From an uncultured archaeon (lineage in GTDB: Archaea > Asgardarchaeota > Thorarchaeia > Thorarchaeales > Thorarchaeaceae), in NCBI GenBank assembly GCA_964458565.1, contig CAYWJO010000060.1:1-18205 (forward strand): DNA of 18,205 bases, written 5' to 3'. Each line of letters starts with the position of its first letter. Position 1 is the stretch's first letter. This document shows, one piece after another, positions 16,433 through 18,205 of this stretch. The notes under the pieces were generated by a model. That model had not been told where the DNA came from and ran no database searches. It saw only the letters and a program-made list of their open reading frames with translations. The translations under genes and the position numbers were made by a program.

Positions 16433-18148
16433 ATGTATTCGAGAAGGAGGGAATCAAAACTGGATATTCATCCGTTATTATTGCGTGAAATCAATGATAG
16501 GAAGGTTTTCCCTTTTATAGGTGCTGGCTTCTCATTGAATGCGAAGCTGCCCGCTAATCAGAGAATGCCTAATTGGAACACTTTGGTCAATGAAATGGCA
16601 TCTCAAATAGGAGCGCCATCTGATTTTGGACATATGGAGATTGCCTCTTTGTATATAGAGGAAAATGGAAGACGAGCAATGGTAGAATTTCTGCGGAATA
16701 AACTACATCACCAAACAGCAGAACCCGGTGAAGTCCACAAATCACTCGTGAAACTATCATTTCCGATTATGTAAACTACGAACTTTGATACATTATTAGA
16801 AGATGCTTGTAGATTAACAATAGGGCCAGCAAACGTGATAAAGAATTGTGATGATCTTTCGTTGGACATCCCACCACATTCCACAAGGATTGTAAAGATG
16901 CATGGTTGTCTCAATGCTCCAAATAACATAGTGATATCTGTCCAGGATTATGATGAATACCTTAGTAAAAATCCCATATTTGTTACTCATCTTGCGAATC
17001 TCTTCATTACACGAACGCCGTTATTTGTTGGATATAGTAGGAGAGATCCACACTTTAGACACATTAGATGGTTAGTTCGGCAGCAATTAGGAAGTTTTGC
17101 TAGACAAGCATTTCTTGTGAACCCAAATATGAGCGAATGGGAAGAAAAAATTCTTAGAGCGGATGGAATCACTCCAATCAATTTACCATTAGAACAAGGT
17201 GAACAGTATGGAGAGGTACTGAAAATTTACTTTGATAGAGTATCTGAAGAATTAGAAAAGAGTGGAGCAATAGAAAGCGTTAGGAAGGAGAGCCATCATG
17301 AAGAACATGGTGATGACGAGGACTCAAAGAAACTGATTCAGCAAGCCTCACCAGATACAATCTCATCAATTCTAATTGCTACTTCTAACTACTGTTACGT
17401 ATCAGGATCAGAAGACGAATCAGAAAAACTTGTTGAAAAAATAATCAAGCCATCAATTGACGATATGGGTTTTGATATTAAATACCCAAGTTCATTTGTT
17501 TCATCCATTGATGAAATTAGGATTTTGATACAACAAGCAAAACTTGTAATCGCGATTATCAAAACAGAAAACAAAGCAACAGCATACGACACAGGAATTG
17601 CGGTAATGCTAAAGAAGCCCTTGGTAATAGTTGCAATGAAAGGGATTAGATTAGATAGTTTGCTACCCAAAGATGTTTACGATGCCATAAAAGCAAATCG
17701 AATACCAGTAGTTCGAGTATCCACAATCTTCAAGCCAAGTAAACTAATAGACGAGATTTCAAAGGCAGTAAAACAAGTGTTTGCTCCATTTAGCTTGCTG
17801 GGAATTGAAAGAGAGTTGGACGAACAGAATTATCTTGATGTGACTCTCCGTTTGGTAATAGTACTAGACTTCCTGATAAGAAGCCTTGGGAAAAAGCATG
17901 ATATTATCCAAAAAAGAGTTGATGTCTTTCCAAAAATAGTACACAAATTACAGCGGTTGGACATTATTACTCATGATGAGTTAGAAAGTCTTCTATGGGC
18001 AAGAAAACTGAGAAACGGGATAATACACAATAACAAAATACCAAGCGAAGAAAGCACTAGAAGGTTGATGGAATTCTCAAAACAATTCATTGAAACTCAT
18101 TTTCAAGATAACTACTCGGAAATTATTATTCAAAAACAAGAGATTTGA
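16433..18148 (+). pseudogene. SIR2-family (SIR2_2) NADase fused to an NDT/TIR-like domain and a HEPN domain, interrupted by one in-frame TAA at 16772-16774
   Basis: ORFs 16433..16774 and 16835..18148 are in the same frame and read FIGAGFS...MPNW...FPIM*TTNFDTLLEDA...KMHG...LFVGYSRRDP. The middle domain is IIKPSI...IQQAKLVIA...YDTGIAVMLKKPLVIV. The C-terminus has RNGIIH (Rx4H) at 18011-18028. Confidence 0.85.
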
Positions 18149-18150
18149 AC

Positions 18151-18170
18151 CCGGACTAGGCCACGTCCCC
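18151..18170 (-). other. Intron-less tRNA-Trp-like 5' fragment (acceptor 5' strand plus D-arm start)
   Basis: The minus strand reads GGGGACG-TG-GCCT-AGTCCGG and then GTTCAAATC. GTGGCCTAGTCCGG is identical to the spliced form of the upstream tRNA-Trp. No anticodon arm follows. Confidence 0.6.
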
Positions 18171-18205
18171 GTGTGATATCACAATGAAAACCGTTTTTGA
18201 TATGA

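Noticed and set aside
16772-16774. Selenocysteine, pyrrolysine or alternative genetic code readthrough
   Set aside because: The stop is TAA, not TGA or TAG, and TAA is used as a normal stop elsewhere in the window (e.g. 2973-2975, 8200-8202).
58-17670. Numerous 60-98 aa ORFs antisense to or nested within the long genes
   Set aside because: They are shadow ORFs of well-supported coding regions, with no motifs or RBS.
10109-18148. Sir2-HerA (Nezha-like) defence system or HerA-NurA repair operon
   Set aside because: The ATPase is membrane-anchored and coupled to membrane genes. The SIR2 gene is separated from it by a 3.2-kb gene and a tRNA, and no nurA, mre11 or rad50 is present.

Overview
Archaeal DNA, most likely an Asgard archaeon such as a Thorarchaeota-type genome. 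This is inferred from a tRNA with bulge-helix-bulge (BHB) introns, GGAGGT/AGGTGA ribosome-binding sites and a membrane-anchored beta-helix surface protein. The left part holds the 3' end of an unknown gene, a duplicated AbrB/SpoVT-like protein, a hairpin-rich spacer and a stand-alone LigD-type AEP primase-polymerase. It continues with two Cys-motif proteins, a NosD-like surface protein with a structured leader, an AT-rich HEPN-like gene and a helical-repeat protein. The centre is a tightly coupled five-gene operon (about 8343-16169) behind tandem palindromic operators: three membrane proteins, a membrane-anchored HerA/VirB4-like ATPase and a 1087-aa orphan with a possible C-terminal nuclease fold. 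This is the best candidate for an undescribed system, either Ced/T4SS-like DNA transfer or effector export. The right part holds tRNA-Trp(CCA) with two introns, a SIR2-NDT/TIR-like-HEPN fusion broken by a single in-frame TAA, and an inverted intron-less tRNA-Trp-like 5' fragment. All family calls were made by eye from motifs; no database search was run.
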